64,000 nt of DNA from Sedimentisphaerales bacterium (GTDB lineage Bacteria > Planctomycetota > Phycisphaerae > Sedimentisphaerales > SM23-30). Numbering within the stretch: position 1 is the first letter of the stretch; every line of letters begins with the position of its first letter. The DNA is taken from positions 384,001 through 448,000 of the forward strand of contig CAXXMR010000009.1 in the NCBI GenBank assembly GCA_963663805.2, given 5' to 3'. Shown here in pieces: positions 1-9,962 of this stretch. The position numbers and the translations under genes are program-made. A model generated the notes under the pieces. The model ran no database searches. It had not been told where the DNA came from and was given only the letters and a program-made list of their open reading frames with translations.

Positions 1-1430
1 ATGCCGTCGTCGATGAAACCGCCGGTATCGGCATTGATGTCCACATGCTTCAGCCGGGTTTCACCTGGGTTCCGTTCTGGCAGAGCAAGGTCCTGCCGGT
101 CGAAGAACACGTTAAATGGTGGAACGAAACCTATCCCGGCCGCGGCGTTTCCGGCTATCTGCAAATGGTACTTGATGGGCATGATTTTATCAGAGATTTC
201 GTCAAACGCTGCAACGAGAAAGGCCTGACACCTTTCGTTTCCCTGCGACTTAACGATAAGCACCTTCTAAACGAAATCGATGACCCTCTGCACGAAGGCC
301 GTTCGGTTCATATCAGCAAATTCTATATGGACCATCTGGATTATCGCATCAGCGACGACAAAAACGACCAGTATCAGCGAGTACACAATTGGGCCATTCC
401 TGAAGCACGCGAGTATAAATATGCTTTTATCGAGGAAATCTGCGAAAACTACGATATCGCCGGCCTGGAACTGGATTTTATGCGTCATCCCAGTTTTTTC
501 CGGATTTATGAAACCACCAGCCAGGAACGCCGCGACATTATGGTGAATTTTGTCAGTCGGGTACGTAAACTGCTGGACCGTACCACCCAACCGGGTCAGC
601 ATCGCTGGCTGGGCGTACGTGTGCCGCAATATATAGATTGCCACGATATTCTCGGTATCGACCTGCCCGCGTTCGCAGAAGCCGGCGTTGATATGTTTAA
701 CGTCTCAGCCTATTTCTTCACCGACCAGCAGGGCGATTTAGCCGAGATTGCCAGGTTGATACCCAACGCTGCCAAATATCTGGAGATGACCCATTGTGCC
801 GCCGTGGGCCAGACCGTCGCCAAGGGGATAGACAATTTTTCTTTCCGACGCACCACCGATGAGCAGTTCTACACCACCGCCCACCTGGCCTATTCCTACG
901 GGTTCGACGGCATCAGCGTCTTTAATTTCGCTTATTACCGCAAGCACGGCGTGGGCGACCGCGGCAAGTTCACCGAGCCGCCTTTCCATATCTTCAAGCA
1001 TATTGGCGACAAAGATTGGGTCGCCCGGCAGAAGCAGCATTATTTCATCGGTAAGGTCTGGAACCATCCCCGCCATCCTTATATGCCCCTCTCGCAGCGG
1101 CTGGAAAGGGGCAGGTATTTAACTTTCCATCTTAATCTCGTTCCGCCCACCGGCGGCTGGACCCAGGACGCCCGCTTGAGACTGCAAGCCGAACAATCCT
1201 GGGAAGGCCGCAAAGTCATCATGCGTTTCAACAACACTCATCTCAAAACCACGCGTGATGTCTCTGAACCCTATGCAACCCCATACGAGTCCGGCATCGG
1301 CATCCCCGAACAGTATATCGCTTATAGCGTGCCGAAAAACCTGCTCAGCCCCGGCGTAAATCAAATCGAAATATCACTCGGCAGCGATGAACCCTGCGAC
1401 TTGATATATCTGGACCTCGCCGCGGAATAG
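1..1430 (+). CDS. GHL10/DUF187-like (beta/alpha)8 glycoside hydrolase-like protein, 5' end outside the window
   Basis: Frame is open from base 3 (AVVDETAGIGIDVHMLQPG...). Motifs FVSLRLND.H, HNWAIPEAREY..AFIEEICENYDIAGLELDFMRH and G.DGISVFNF are typical of GHL10-like TIM barrels. Confidence 0.65.
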   Translation, partial: AVVDETAGIGIDVHMLQPGFTWVPFWQSKVLPVEEHVKWWNETYPGRGVSGYLQMVLDGHDFIRDFVKRCNEKGLTPFVSLRLNDKHLLNEIDDPLHEGRSVHISKFYMDHLDYRISDDKNDQYQRVHNWAIPEAREYKYAFIEEICENYDIAGLELDFMRHPSFFRIYETTSQERRDIMVNFVSRVRKLLDRTTQPGQHRWLGVRVPQYIDCHDILGIDLPAFAEAGVDMFNVSAYFFTDQQGDLAEIARLIPNAAKYLEMTHCAAVGQTVAKGIDNFSFRRTTDEQFYTTAHLAYSYGFDGISVFNFAYYRKHGVGDRGKFTEPPFHIFKHIGDKDWVARQKQHYFIGKVWNHPRHPYMPLSQRLERGRYLTFHLNLVPPTGGWTQDARLRLQAEQSWEGRKVIMRFNNTHLKTTRDVSEPYATPYESGIGIPEQYIAYSVPKNLLSPGVNQIEISLGSDEPCDLIYLDLAAE

Positions 1431-1472
1431 AAAGATAGTTCCGTAAAACAGGCTTTGTGATAAAACATATTT

Positions 1473-2648
1473 CTAGTTGTTTTGGGCGTATTCGTGGGAG
1501 TATTTTTTGCGATACGCCAGCGGAGTCATGCCGGTTTCCTGCCGGAAGTAGCGGGCGATATGCGTTATATCACGATAGCCGAACGCCAGGCCGATCTGGG
1601 CGATGGTCAGGTCGGTTTCCAGCAGCATTTTTGTGATGTGTTTCACCCGTACGCGTCTGATTTCGTCATTGACGGTGGTATTCAGGATTTTTTTGAATCT
1701 TCGTTCCAGCGACCGACGTGATATGCCCAGTGAATTTATTATATCTTCCACCTGAATAGGTTCTTTGGCGTGTTTTGAGATAAAATTCAACGCCGCGGCC
1801 AGGTCATCATCCTCGACTTTGAGAATATCGGTGGATTGTCTGGTAACAACATAGGTCGGCAGAACTTTGATGGTTTTGTAGCCGGTCTCGCTGCCGTTGA
1901 TAAGATTCGCCAAAAGATGGGCCGCGTCAAATCCGGCTTTTTCCGCGGCCAGACCGATACTCGACAGGGGTGGATTTGACAGGCCGCAAACGAACTGGTC
2001 ATTATCGACTCCCAGCACCGCGACTTCTTCCGGCACTCTTATGCCTGCCACCTGACAGGCGCTTAGAACATGCTGGCCTCTGTCATCGTTACAAGCCAGA
2101 ATAGCCATGGGTTTGGGCAGTGATTCCAGCCAGCTGATAATCTGCGGCTGTTCATCTTCCGGATTTTGTCTTTGCGACGCTTTGGGGTTATGATAAAAAT
2201 AAACCTCATAGCCATATCGACTCACTGACGCAGCAAAGCTTTGGCCTCTCTCCTGTGACCAGTGCATTTCATCGAATCCGCAAAAAGCGTATTTCTGGAA
2301 CCCGCGACTGAGCAGATATTCCGCGGCCATCTCACCGATGGCATAAGAATCGCCGTAGATATTGGGCAGGTCCATAATTCTTTTTTTGTGAGCAATGGTT
2401 ATGGTGGGAATGCCCGAAGGAAGACGACTGCGGGCACGTTTGTTATTCGGGATTCTGGCGATAATGCCGTCCGCCTCACTGCAATCCAGTTGAGGCAGAA
2501 TTCGGTCCTGCTGTCCCGGTCTTTTGGGTTCGCAGTAGAACGTCCACGGTCCGTGCTGGTTCGCGTACTTGACCACGCCGCGTAGGATTCCCTGGATATA
2601 TTCTCCCACGGGGCCAACCATCAGCACAACTTTAGGGATTTTGGGCAT
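1473..2648 (-). CDS. XylR-type transcriptional regulator (periplasmic-binding-protein-like domain + AraC HTH)
   Basis: Motifs LESLPKPMAILACNDDRG, VPEEVAVLGVDND, PPLSSI and C-terminal SRRSLERRF...FRQETGMTPLAYR. Confidence 0.9.
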   Translation of the reverse strand: MPKIPKVVLMVGPVGEYIQGILRGVVKYANQHGPWTFYCEPKRPGQQDRILPQLDCSEADGIIARIPNNKRARSRLPSGIPTITIAHKKRIMDLPNIYGDSYAIGEMAAEYLLSRGFQKYAFCGFDEMHWSQERGQSFAASVSRYGYEVYFYHNPKASQRQNPEDEQPQIISWLESLPKPMAILACNDDRGQHVLSACQVAGIRVPEEVAVLGVDNDQFVCGLSNPPLSSIGLAAEKAGFDAAHLLANLINGSETGYKTIKVLPTYVVTRQSTDILKVEDDDLAAALNFISKHAKEPIQVEDIINSLGISRRSLERRFKKILNTTVNDEIRRVRVKHITKMLLETDLTIAQIGLAFGYRDITHIARYFRQETGMTPLAYRKKYSHEYAQNN

Positions 2649-2822
2649 TTCAGCGTCCTATAAAGCCAAATTTTGCTCATTTACAGATATTTTAACAGAA
2701 AAAGAAAGTCAACGGAAGCGGTATTGTCGTTTTTTAGAAAAAATCTGGCTCCGGAGAATCGGTGATTACAGGCGAATATGCCCGATAGTAGCCTTGAAAT
2801 TCACGATAATACAGGTGTTGTG

Positions 2823-2888
2823 CCGCAAAATGGCGATGAAAACCCGCAATGTGGCGTTGTTATGAGCCCTTTGCTCAGGTAATATAAT
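2823..2888 (+). promoter_or_regulatory. Putative AraC/XylR operator (21-bp-period direct repeat) plus sigma70 -10 box
   Basis: CCGCAAAATGGCG at 2823 and CCGCAATGTGGCG at 2844 (period 21), TATAAT at 2883. Lies between the divergent xylR-like gene and the PEP-CTERM gene. Confidence 0.55.
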
Positions 2889-3046
2889 AAACGACTTGAG
2901 TCCTGAGCTGTAGCTGCTGTGACAGGCAATTGTCTGAGTTTGGCAAGTGAATTAGCTTCGTGTTTGAAACAGCCGATGAACTAAATGGTTTTCCGGAAGC
3001 CATTTTGACATCGGGCAGTAAGGAAAAATCAATACCTTTGGAGGAA

Positions 3047-3841
3047 ATGATTATGGATTTGAGAAAATCATCGTTTTACGTAATTGTGCTTTGTACGTTG
3101 CTTTTGAGCATCAGTTCAACTCAGGCTGCCTGGGTCTTCTGGAGCAACGATTCGCCCAGCGGCAATTTATGGTCCGATGCTGCGAACTGGACCGCGACGC
3201 CCACCGGCGGTGATGATGTGGTGGTCGGTCGCGACCATGCCAATGGTGCATTGGTAAATGCCGGCACTGCCGCGGCTGGTAACTGGATTCATATCAGTTC
3301 CAGCGAAACGGGTGGGTCACTGCTTACCGTCGAAGGCGGTACGGTCACTTGCGACCATTTCATCGTTGGTGAAAACTGGGACTTAGCCCAGCAGGGAACC
3401 CTCAATATGACGGGTGGTACGATTAGTGCCAACCTGCTCATGATTGGCGGTGGTACCAGCGGCACCAATGGTGCAGGTACTGTTAATGTCAGCGGCGGCA
3501 CTATCAACCTTGGTTGGATGCTGGCTCTGGGCGGCGGCTATAACGGCGTGACCGGTAACGGCAGTGGTACTTTGAATATTACCGGCGGAACCGTCAATGC
3601 TTTGGGCGGCGGCTCACTGGTAATGTCCGACAACGGGACTGTCAACATCGCTGGCGGAACACTCGTACTGGCTGGTGAAGTTACCGACGTGACTGTATAC
3701 GGCAATGTAATCGCCAATGGCGGCACGGGAAGTTTCGCCTATGACTTTGATGGTTCTAATACCGCTATTACCGCGGTTCCTGAACCCGCTACTGTTGTAC
3801 TGCTGGGTTTGGCAGGAGTGTTGTTACGTAAACGCAAGTAA
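3047..3841 (+). CDS. PEP-CTERM sorting domain protein, Gly/Thr-rich beta-helix-like passenger
   Basis: GAGG RBS before ATG 3047/3053, signal peptide (..STQA|AW), repeated G.T.N.SGG units, C-terminal VPEPATVVLLGLAGVLLRKRK. Confidence 0.9.
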   Translation: MIMDLRKSSFYVIVLCTLLLSISSTQAAWVFWSNDSPSGNLWSDAANWTATPTGGDDVVVGRDHANGALVNAGTAAAGNWIHISSSETGGSLLTVEGGTVTCDHFIVGENWDLAQQGTLNMTGGTISANLLMIGGGTSGTNGAGTVNVSGGTINLGWMLALGGGYNGVTGNGSGTLNITGGTVNALGGGSLVMSDNGTVNIAGGTLVLAGEVTDVTVYGNVIANGGTGSFAYDFDGSNTAITAVPEPATVVLLGLAGVLLRKRK

Positions 3842-3855
3842 ATTGAATCAGGAAC

Positions 3856-3890
3856 GTTCGGGGAGCTTCGGTTCCCCGAACACACTTTTT
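3856..3890 (+). terminator. Intrinsic terminator or stabilising hairpin after the PEP-CTERM gene
   Basis: GTTCGGGGAGC-TTCG-GTTCCCCGAAC stem with a cUUCGg tetraloop, followed by acacTTTTT. Confidence 0.65.
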
Positions 3891-3939
3891 GAAGTTGGTT
3901 GGTAAAGAAGAGATTAAAAAAAAATGACGCAGGAGATAT

Positions 3940-5400
3940 ATGATGAATAAGTTTTCGCTGGTTTTATTATTGCTGGCATTGATGGCAGGTTATGTTCACG
4001 CTGACTATGCCTGGCAGGAAAAATTCGACCCCATCAAAGCGACCTGGGATGAAATTTCCGCGACCTGGACCGATACCGCCGGCGGCACCGCGATTTTAAC
4101 CGAAAATGACCCCGTTAATGACTACGGCAAAGTCGATTCCGAAATTATTACCGTAAACCTTTCTGCCTTTCCGATGCTGGTAGTCAGTTCGATCGCGGTT
4201 GATACCGATTGCAGCTATACCGTCCAGATTCAGGAAGAGGGCGGCACCTATGCTTCCCAGAATGTCCTGACCGGTATTTGGGGCAGTGGCGTTCAGTATG
4301 TCAATATCGCCGATGTGATGGGTTGGTCCGGCACCAAGACCTTCAAAATTAGTATCTGGATCGCCGGTGAAGGCAAAACTGTTACGTTCGACCTCATCGA
4401 GTTGCGGGCGGAAAATCCCGTGGTCTGGCAGGAAGATTTCGACCCCATCAAAACAACCTGGCTCGATAACGGTGCCACCTGGAGCGACCCCAATAATTTC
4501 TCCGGCACGCTGGGCAAACTCACCGAAAGTGACGCCGTAAATTTCTACGGCAGTACCGAATCCGAAACTATTACTCTTGATATGGACATTTATTCCGAGT
4601 TGGTGATAAGAAGCGTTGATGTCAACTCCAGCAGTGCCTATTTGGTAGGTATCCAGGAGCAGGGCGGTGCGGGCATCTATCAGGATATGACAACCTATAT
4701 CGAGCAATCCGGGACACAGATTGTCAATATTGCCGATATGCTCGGCTGGACCGGTCAGAAATCATTCCGCATAGTTATCTGGATGAGCGGCGAGAGTAAA
4801 TCAGCTGTTTTTGACTACATCGAAATACGCCGTCCCCAGGCCATCCCCGCCTGGCAGGACAACCTTGACCCCGTCAAATATACCTGGTATGAATTCGGCG
4901 CCTACTGGGACGACATTAACGGTCCCGAAGCGATCCTGACCGAAGACAACCTGGGTGTAGCCTACGGCAAGGTCGAATCTGAATCCTTACTCGTAGACCT
5001 CAATGAATACCCCATACTCGCGGTGCGTTCTACGGCGATTGATGCCGGTGCCAAGTACAGCATTGGTTTGCAGGGACAGGCTTCGCCCTGGCCTTACGTG
5101 TCGCTGGTTGACTATCAGCCTGAACCGGCTGAGCACGCGTTTAATATTCTGGAAGAAACCGACTGGACCGGTCAGCAGTTCTTCAGGATTGTCATCTGGA
5201 TAGACGGCGAAATGAAAGGAGCGACTTTCGACATGATCCAGTTACGTCAGCTTTGTGGCCGCTCGGTTGTACCCGGCGACTATTCGGACGATTGCTACGT
5301 TGACCTTTACGATTTGGCCGTAATCGCCTCCGATTGGCTTGGAGTTTACGATGCCGATGACCTGACCGAAATGGCCGGCAACTGGCTGGGGGCAAACTAA
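3940..5400 (+). CDS. Secreted protein with three tandem ~140-aa beta-rich repeats and a C-terminal dockerin-like domain
   Basis: Signal peptide (VHA|DY). Three repeats start W.E/D.FDP.K.TW and end W.G.K.F.I.IW..GE.K...FD.I..R. C-terminus GDYSDDCYVDLYDLAVIASDWL. Confidence 0.8.
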   Translation: MMNKFSLVLLLLALMAGYVHADYAWQEKFDPIKATWDEISATWTDTAGGTAILTENDPVNDYGKVDSEIITVNLSAFPMLVVSSIAVDTDCSYTVQIQEEGGTYASQNVLTGIWGSGVQYVNIADVMGWSGTKTFKISIWIAGEGKTVTFDLIELRAENPVVWQEDFDPIKTTWLDNGATWSDPNNFSGTLGKLTESDAVNFYGSTESETITLDMDIYSELVIRSVDVNSSSAYLVGIQEQGGAGIYQDMTTYIEQSGTQIVNIADMLGWTGQKSFRIVIWMSGESKSAVFDYIEIRRPQAIPAWQDNLDPVKYTWYEFGAYWDDINGPEAILTEDNLGVAYGKVESESLLVDLNEYPILAVRSTAIDAGAKYSIGLQGQASPWPYVSLVDYQPEPAEHAFNILEETDWTGQQFFRIVIWIDGEMKGATFDMIQLRQLCGRSVVPGDYSDDCYVDLYDLAVIASDWLGVYDADDLTEMAGNWLGAN

Positions 5401-5509
5401 GCATGAATCGTGTTCGGGCAGGGCTTCTAGTGATGTCCTGTCCGGGCAACTAAAATGATTGATTATTATTTCGGTATCGCATAAAATGAAATTACCTGGG
5501 AGTAACGCT

Positions 5510-6319
5510 ATGAATCATCGCAAAGGTTTCACGCTGGTTGAGTTGTTGGTCGTCGTCGCGATTATCGCCCTGCTGGTCTCCATCTTGCTGCCCGCTATCG
5601 GCAAGGCACGCGAGTCCGCCAAAGCCGTCGTGTGCAGCACCAGCATGAAATCCCTGATAACCGGCTGGGTCGCCTACGCTTTGGAAAATAACGACACCAT
5701 GGTCCCCGCCTTTACTTATCGCAGCGACTGGGACATCACTTGGCAGAACGAAAGTACCTGGGTCTGGTCGCCCACCATTGTCGGCACCAAAGATTCCGTA
5801 CCTTACCCCTTTGCCGATGGCAGACCCACCGCCGAAGAACGAGCCGAAGGAATAGAAAGAGGTTCACTCTTTCAGTATGTCCCCGATGTCAAAGTCTATC
5901 GCTGCCCCAGTGACAAAAGCGAATACCTCCGCAGCTATTCGATAGTAGATTACCTCAACGGTCGTCAGAATTACATCCAGCCAAGTTTCAGACGCTGGCG
6001 GTCTTTTGTCAAAATGACTGATATTGGCGCCCCCGCCTCCCGCTACGTTTTCATTGAGGAACACGACAGCCGTAACTACAATATGGACTCCTGGGAATTC
6101 AATCCCAACGACGATAAATGGTACGACCCGCTTTCGATGTGGCACGGTCGGAGGAGCAGCCTGGCCTTTGTCGATTGCCACGTCGAACAGAAGCAATGGT
6201 CAGACGAAACCGCCGATTTCTTCCGTAATTATAAAGTTGGTGTTACCCCGCCTTTGCAGCCGATTACAGCCGAAGGCATCGATGATTTGGATTATATGAA
6301 ACGCGGCTGGGCCAAGTAG
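5510..6319 (+). CDS. Prepilin-type N-terminal cleavage/methylation domain protein (DUF1559/H-X9-DG-like)
   Basis: [25 protein letters not shown], internal YRCPSD, C-terminal H-X9-DC(H) variant of H-X9-DG. Confidence 0.9.
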   Translation: MNHRKGFTLVELLVVVAIIALLVSILLPAIGKARESAKAVVCSTSMKSLITGWVAYALENNDTMVPAFTYRSDWDITWQNESTWVWSPTIVGTKDSVPYPFADGRPTAEERAEGIERGSLFQYVPDVKVYRCPSDKSEYLRSYSIVDYLNGRQNYIQPSFRRWRSFVKMTDIGAPASRYVFIEEHDSRNYNMDSWEFNPNDDKWYDPLSMWHGRRSSLAFVDCHVEQKQWSDETADFFRNYKVGVTPPLQPITAEGIDDLDYMKRGWAK

Positions 6320-6371
6320 TATAATTGGTTGACAACGATTCTCATTCATCAGGATATTTTGCCGCGTGAAT

Positions 6372-8159
6372 ATGCACATCATTGATATTTCGATTTTGAT
6401 TGGCTATCTGGTAGTTATTGTAATTGCCGGTTGCCTGGTCTCTCGCCGCGCCGCCCAAAACGTCGATTCCTATTTCCTCGGCGGCAACAGCATCCCCTGG
6501 TACATCCTGGGCATCTCCAACACCTCCAGTATGTTCGACATTACCGGTACGATGTGGCTGGTGTACCTGCTCTTCGCCTACGGCCTCAAAAGCGCCTGGA
6601 TACCCTGGCTCTGGCCTACCTTCAATCAGGTCTTCGCTATGGTTTACCTGTCAGTTTGGCTCCGCCGCTCAAATGCTCTGACCGGCGCCCAATGGATTAC
6701 CACCCGTTTCGGACAGGGCCGCGGCGCGACACTGTCCCATATAAGCGTTGTTGTTTTCGCGCTGGTTTCCGTAATCGGTTTTATGAGTTACGCCTTTCAG
6801 GGCATCGGAAAATTCGCCGCGGTTTTCCTGCCCTGGGATTTGTCGCCCAACACCTACGCGGTAATCTTCATGTCTATAACCACCATTTACGTTATTGTCG
6901 GCGGTATGTACAGCGTGGTAATGACCGATGTCATTCAGTATATAATCATGACCGCAATTTCGTTTGTGGTCGGCTGGATCGCCATCACCAAAACCACTCC
7001 CGAAGCAATCAGCGCCGCGGTGCCCAACGGCTGGCACGATTTATTTTTCGGCTGGAAGCTTGATATGGACTGGTCTAGCCTTATCGGTTCATTAAACGGC
7101 AAGATGGCCGGCGATGGTTTTTCAATTTTCGGCCTGTTCTTTATGATGGTACTGTTCAAAGGCATTCTCGCCAGCATGGCCGGGCCTTGTCCCAACTATG
7201 ATATGCAGCGGGTTTTATCCACCAAAAGCCCTCGCGAGTCAGCCCTGATGAGCTGGTTCGTCTCGGTCGTCCAGTTCATCCCACGCTATATGATGATTAC
7301 CGGTATTACCGTGCTGGCTCTGGTCTATTTCAGTACCGACCTTAACAATATGGGCGACAAGGTGGATTTCGAGCAGATTCTACCCTACATAATCAACAAC
7401 TTTTTGCCTGTCGGTGTGGTGGGGCTCATGCTCGCTGGATTGCTGGCAGCCTTTATGAGTACGTTCGATTCAACCGTAAACGCCGGTGCCGCCTATCTCG
7501 TCGTTGACATCTACCAGCGTTATATCAACAAGAACGCGCCCGCCCGACGTTACATTTACGCCAGTTATGTTTGCACAATAATAATTGTTATTGTCGGTAT
7601 CGCCTTTGGCTTTATGACCAAGTCGATCGGTTCGGTAACCATGTGGATTGTTGCCGGTCTTTTCGGCGGCTATCTCGCCCCCAATATCCTCAAATGGTAC
7701 TGGTGGCGGCTCAACGGTTACGGTTATTTCGCCGGTATGATTTCCGGTGTCGCGGCCGCTTTGGTTTTTCCCGCGGCTTTTTCCGATATGTCAGCTCTGG
7801 ATAGTTTTCCCTTCATCCTGCTAATCAGCGGCATCGGCTCAGTACTGGTAAGTCTGCTGACTCCGCCCGACGATTACGAAGTTTTGAAAGATTTCTATCG
7901 CCAGGTTCGCCCCTGGGGATTCTGGGCACCAATCCACAAAATGGTAAGCGAAGAGACCCCGGATTTTAAGCGAAACATGAATTTCAAACGCGATATGATA
8001 AATGTCGCCGTCGGAATAATCTGGCAGTTCAGCCTCGGCCTAATCGCGATTTATGTAGTCCTGCGCGATTTCAAAGCCCTGGCCATAACCTTAGCGGTTA
8101 CTTTTATTACATCAATATTCTTGAAAAAGAATTGGTATGACAAACTGGAAACCGAATAG
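6372..8159 (+). CDS. Sodium:solute symporter (SSS family), probably a sugar transporter
   Basis: Many TM segments, YFLGGNSIPW, MQRVLSTKS and GLMLAGLLAAFMSTFDS; directly upstream of GH130. Confidence 0.9.
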   Translation: MHIIDISILIGYLVVIVIAGCLVSRRAAQNVDSYFLGGNSIPWYILGISNTSSMFDITGTMWLVYLLFAYGLKSAWIPWLWPTFNQVFAMVYLSVWLRRSNALTGAQWITTRFGQGRGATLSHISVVVFALVSVIGFMSYAFQGIGKFAAVFLPWDLSPNTYAVIFMSITTIYVIVGGMYSVVMTDVIQYIIMTAISFVVGWIAITKTTPEAISAAVPNGWHDLFFGWKLDMDWSSLIGSLNGKMAGDGFSIFGLFFMMVLFKGILASMAGPCPNYDMQRVLSTKSPRESALMSWFVSVVQFIPRYMMITGITVLALVYFSTDLNNMGDKVDFEQILPYIINNFLPVGVVGLMLAGLLAAFMSTFDSTVNAGAAYLVVDIYQRYINKNAPARRYIYASYVCTIIIVIVGIAFGFMTKSIGSVTMWIVAGLFGGYLAPNILKWYWWRLNGYGYFAGMISGVAAALVFPAAFSDMSALDSFPFILLISGIGSVLVSLLTPPDDYEVLKDFYRQVRPWGFWAPIHKMVSEETPDFKRNMNFKRDMINVAVGIIWQFSLGLIAIYVVLRDFKALAITLAVTFITSIFLKKNWYDKLETE

Positions 8160-8194
8160 GCGGTTTACGGTAAGCAGTATTTTGGAGAAGTAGT

Positions 8195-9325
8195 ATGTCT
8201 TTGAGCACACCCGGGAACAGAAGTGTTGGAATCGCGAAAGGTGCCGACCGTTTTGATAATGTAAAAGTTGCCGCAAAAAAATGTCACCAGACCTTCGCTG
8301 CTCCGGTCCAGTTGACCCGCTTCGAAGGCAACCCCATAATTTCGCCCGACCCCGACCACAAATGGGAGAGCATGGTAACCACCAATCCCGGCGCCTGGTA
8401 CGATCAGGAGACCGGACGCGTCAGTCTGCTCTATCGTGCCGCCGGCAGTGATGCCGAGCATGTTGTACGCTTGGGGCTGGCCACCAGTGACGACGGTTAC
8501 AACTTCCAACGTTACGACCAGCCCGCCATTTCACCCAGCCGCGACGGTGCCGACGCCGGCTGCCTCGAAGACCCCAGAATCGTCAAAATAGATGATTATT
8601 ACTATATTACCTACGCTTCCCGTTTCAATCCCCCCGGCAAATATTGGCTTCATCAGGGACGCTGCGATATTTTCCCCCAAGTGCGACCGGACTTCCCCGC
8701 CTATATCAGGGACAATTTAACCACTAGCGGATTGCTTTTGACCAGGGATTTCAAGAAATTTATCCGCGCTGGATTCCTGACCAATCCGATACTGGACGAC
8801 CGTGACGTGATTTTATTCCCCGAAAAAATCAACGGCAGATATTACATGATTCATCGGCCTCTGCAATGGTGCGGCCCAGGCTACAAAACCGAATTCCCCG
8901 CTATGTGGATTTCCGCCGGCGACGACCTGCTGAACCTAAACCAGAGCAAACTGCTGGCCAAAGCCCAATACCCCTGGGAATGCAAGGTCGGTGGGAACAC
9001 CCCGCCCCTGCGAACCGAACACGGTTGGCTCGTAGTGTATCATGCCGTCGGCAGTGATAAATATTACCGACTCGGTGCTATGCTGCTAGACCTCGACGAC
9101 CCGACCATCGTCCGCTATCGCACCAGCAAATGGATTTTTCAGCCCGAAGAAGAATACGAAACAAACGGATTCTATTTCGGCGGGGGGGTGGTCTTCCCCT
9201 GCGGCAAAGTAGTAATCGGCGACACCATTTTTGTCTACTACGGCGCTGCCGACAAATATGTCGGCCTGGCCACTTGCCCGCTCAACGACCTGCTGGACTA
9301 CCTGCTCAATTGCCCGGCAAATTAA
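8195..9325 (+). CDS. GH130 family mannoside phosphorylase/glycosidase
   Basis: Motifs TNPGA, LLYRA, CLEDPRIVKI, DDRDVILFPEKING, GVVFPCG and YYGAAD of the five-bladed beta-propeller GH130. Confidence 0.85.
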   Translation: MSLSTPGNRSVGIAKGADRFDNVKVAAKKCHQTFAAPVQLTRFEGNPIISPDPDHKWESMVTTNPGAWYDQETGRVSLLYRAAGSDAEHVVRLGLATSDDGYNFQRYDQPAISPSRDGADAGCLEDPRIVKIDDYYYITYASRFNPPGKYWLHQGRCDIFPQVRPDFPAYIRDNLTTSGLLLTRDFKKFIRAGFLTNPILDDRDVILFPEKINGRYYMIHRPLQWCGPGYKTEFPAMWISAGDDLLNLNQSKLLAKAQYPWECKVGGNTPPLRTEHGWLVVYHAVGSDKYYRLGAMLLDLDDPTIVRYRTSKWIFQPEEEYETNGFYFGGGVVFPCGKVVIGDTIFVYYGAADKYVGLATCPLNDLLDYLLNCPAN

Positions 9326-9426
9326 TTTCGACGCAGCTCAAGTTCAACAAAAGACGAGCCGCATAACCGGTCGGATAATAAAAAAAAACGCACAAGGCAC
9401 GTCCAATTTCCAATTATACAATCCTC

Positions 9427-9455
9427 TTGAATTGCAATTGTGTTTATAGTATAAT
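9427..9455 (+). promoter_or_regulatory. Sigma70-type promoter
   Basis: TTGAAT-N17-TATAAT; palindrome AATTGCAATT (9430-9439) overlaps the -35 box. Confidence 0.55.
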
Positions 9456-9493
9456 GCCGAACACGTTTGTTTTTGCAGGACAGATATTAAAAG

Positions 9494-9829
9494 ATGACGA
9501 GCAAGAAGTGGACAATCAGGACCTTCGCGATTGGGCTGGCCTTAACCGCCCTATACGCCAGCAGCACAAACCTGCTGCTAACCGTCCACATAAACTCCGT
9601 CTGCCATCATAATCACAGCGGCGGCTCAGATTCCCCCTGCCACGACAGCGACAAATGCCCCATCTGCCAGAATCTCATGTTCGTCGCCAAAACCTGCCAC
9701 ATCGAACCGCAACTTCATCTACCCTCATACGAAACCGTCAATTTCGTCACGGTTTCGCCGGAAACAGTCTTTGTTTCAACCCTGACCCCCGACGCTTTCC
9801 GCTGCCGCCCACCCCCCATCGCGGCTTGA
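9494..9829 (+). CDS. DUF2946-like small protein (His-rich, CxxC, C-terminal RxPP), putative metal-responsive leader
   Basis: N-terminal hydrophobic segment, CHHNH...CHDSDKCPICQ and terminal RPPP, matching the DUF2946/CruR/CutF architecture. Confidence 0.7.
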   Translation: MTSKKWTIRTFAIGLALTALYASSTNLLLTVHINSVCHHNHSGGSDSPCHDSDKCPICQNLMFVAKTCHIEPQLHLPSYETVNFVTVSPETVFVSTLTPDAFRCRPPPIAA

Positions 9830-9962
9830 AACCCAATCTATAATTTGTAATTAAATATTAAATCAGATGTGTTGTTGCGCGCCTGTTGCTGTTGTCCCTG
9901 TTTTAGGGGTGAGCGGAGGTGATTGCGCATCAATACCACAAATCATCTATCGAGAGGATAAT

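Noticed and set aside
9430..9439. AATTGCAATT as a Fur/Zur box
   Set aside because: Too short and AT-rich to assign to a specific regulator.
9867..9962. MCCCAPV... N-terminal extension of the PEP-CTERM ORF
   Set aside because: A good RBS and signal peptide start at ATG 9963, and the upstream part coincides with the hairpin.
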